A stretch of DNA of 39,997 nucleotides. It comes from a virus. The stretch lies in IMG/VR virus record IMGVR_UViG_3300045988_132245, one strand, 5' to 3'. Each line of letters begins with the position of its first letter. The stretch's first letter is position 1. Below the pieces are notes generated by a model. That model made no database searches and had not been told where the DNA came from. It worked only from the letters and a program-made list of their open reading frames with translations. Made by a program: the position numbers and the translations under genes. Positions 39,133 through 39,997 of this stretch are shown here, one piece after another.

Positions 39133-39453
39133 ACCGTCCTATGGGAGGGCACCAGCGGCAAAACCGGCACCCTCCCGCTCGCCGAATCGATCACGGATTT
39201 CCGCGAGCTGATCATCGAGGGTAATGATGATGACCATTACCCGAGGCTGTTCCACACTGCCGCCGAAGCAGGATCGATCGTCCTCTCATTCGTCGGCATG
39301 AATTTCGTGAACGGGCTCGCGTCAGGCAAGGCCACTCTCGTCCGGATCGCCGACACGAGCGTGCAGATCATCGGACACCGAATCCACGTGATGGAAGGCA
39401 AAACGTCAGACACGCAGTGCCTGACCATCACGAGGATTCTCGGCGCGCGTTAG
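39121..39453 (+). CDS. Silent fibre C-terminal cassette (110 codons, no start codon)
   Basis: Open in the S-L-T-P frame of site c to TAG 39451-39453 (SLTPTVLWEGTSGKTGTLPLAESITDF...CLTITRILGAR). Absent from the ORF track because it lacks a start codon. Confidence 0.7.
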   Translation, partial: SLTPTVLWEGTSGKTGTLPLAESITDFRELIIEGNDDDHYPRLFHTAAEAGSIVLSFVGMNFVNGLASGKATLVRIADTSVQIIGHRIHVMEGKTSDTQCLTITRILGAR

Positions 39454-39707
39454 ACGGCGGGGATCACCGCAAACCGGACATCCATCGTGATGTTCTGCTG
39501 GGTGCCGACCTGGATGGCGCGGACGACCTTATGGGGCACGTCGTAGCATGCGACCAGCGCCGTATTCACGCCGGTGGTGACGGGCGTGAAAACAACCACA
39601 TCGCCACCAGTGTAGCTCCGGCCGACCAGGGCACGGTATTCCGCATCGGACAGGACGTTAGCGACGCTGCCGGTGAACGTCGCGTTTTTTTGCCGGACCG
39701 TATAGGG
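39450..39707 (-). CDS. Silent fibre C-terminal cassette (85 codons), one nucleotide out of phase with its recombination site
   Basis: Open frame PYTVRQKNATFTGSVANVLSDAEYRALVG...MDVRFAVIPAV ends at TAA 39450-39452, overlapping the TAG of the converging cassette. Read from the D-S-L-T phase of site d it stops after about 50 codons at 39566. An A7 tract lies at 39685-39691. Confidence 0.55.
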   Translation of the reverse strand, partial: PYTVRQKNATFTGSVANVLSDAEYRALVGRSYTGGDVVVFTPVTTGVNTALVACYDVPHKVVRAIQVGTQQNITMDVRFAVIPAV

Positions 39708-39720
39708 GTTAGCGAATCCC
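39705..39720 (-). other. Recombination site copy d (GGGATTCGCTAACCCC on the minus strand)
   Basis: Same orientation as copy a. Its left arm contains the TAG stop of the expressed cassette. Confidence 0.75.
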
Positions 39721-39997
39721 TATCCGCGCCACATGACGGCCCAGTTGACGCGGATAGGTGCCGTGTTTTTGCCGTCGAACATGACATCGATGCGGTTTCC
39801 GGACGGGGTGACACGCACAGAGGTGACCTGACGGCCGTTCGCGTCCCAGTCACCGTTGATGGCGGCAACGACCACGTCATTGTTCCAGTCGCGGCCGAAC
39901 TGGGTTTTGAACTGGCCGAACGTCCACATGGTCGCGTAGCCGCCGCTACCGGCATCCTTATAGACGCCACTGCCCGTATAGAGATGCAGCGGCGGGG
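39720..39997 (-). CDS. Currently expressed fibre C-terminal cassette (3' part of the gene that starts at 624)
   Basis: In frame with 1-624 through the 119-bp overlap. Ends ...VRVTPSGNRIDVMFDGKNTAPIRVNWAVMWRG-TAG at 39720. The track ORF 39720-39929 is its internal Met-to-stop part. Confidence 0.75.
   Translation of the reverse strand, partial: PPLHLYTGSGVYKDAGSGGYATMWTFGQFKTQFGRDWNNDVVVAAINGDWDANGRQVTSVRVTPSGNRIDVMFDGKNTAPIRVNWAVMWRG
39879..39997. repeat. Right copy of the 119-bp terminal direct repeat
   Basis: Identical to 1-119. Confidence 0.95.

Larger units (their letters stand above)
1..39997. mobile_element. Complete temperate siphovirus-type phage genome in attP form; apparently a circularly closed contig of about 39,878 bp
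   Basis: Full modular gene set is present: integrase and attP, switch, replication, HNH/terS/terL, portal, MuF, scaffold, capsid, connectors, tail, tape measure, fibres, holin and endolysin. Phage genes lie on both sides of attP. Bases 1-119 are identical to 39879-39997. Confidence 0.85.

Noticed and set aside
39566-39970. A 134-aa minus-strand ORF, and the 64-aa ORF 39237-39431.
   Set aside because: The first is an out-of-phase reading across cassette 1, site d and cassette 2. The second is antisense to cassette 3. Neither has a coding-like composition.
1-39997. A diversity-generating retroelement, as an alternative explanation for fibre variability.
   Set aside because: I found no reverse-transcriptase-like ORF and no template/variable repeat pair differing at adenines. 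The variability signal comes instead from discrete cassettes bounded by recombinase sites.

Overview
The window is one complete, GC-rich temperate siphovirus-type phage genome in the attP (excised or circular) configuration. It resembles actinobacterial, Bifidobacterium-type prophages. Bases 1-119 are identical to 39879-39997, so the contig closes into a circle of about 39,878 bp, and the tail-fibre gene is split across the window ends. Nearly all genes run on the minus strand. In transcription order they are: early and replication genes (29447 down to 20495), HNH/terS/terL packaging, portal, MuF, a phage tRNA-Tyr, scaffold, capsid, connectors, major tail, a chaperone with a -1 frameshift, tape measure, Dit/Tal, three collagen-like fibre genes and a receptor-binding fibre (624 to 1, wrapping to 39720). 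The lysis cassette (37853-35960) and attP follow. The plus strand carries an AT-richer lysogeny and accessory block: an XRE repressor, a HEPN-like gene, an ImmA-like protease, a lipoprotein and the integrase (31290-35544). The strongest finding is a four-cassette shufflon at 37935-39997 plus 1-131. A tyrosine recombinase sits next to four start-less fibre C-terminal cassettes, each bounded by a copy of GGGATTCGCTAACCC, two copies in each orientation. This would allow inversion-driven swapping of the fibre tip. The layout recalls the Rin shufflon reported for Bifidobacterium prophages, but that comparison is from memory and unverified. Other notable items are a HEPN-motif gene between the ImmR-like and ImmA-like genes, an iteron array inside the replication gene, and two paralogous DEDDh exonucleases. 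There is also a MuF protein with a nuclease-like C-terminal domain next to the tRNA, a detailed attP architecture, and several RNA-structure candidates. All functional calls come from reading motifs in the translations. No database search was possible.
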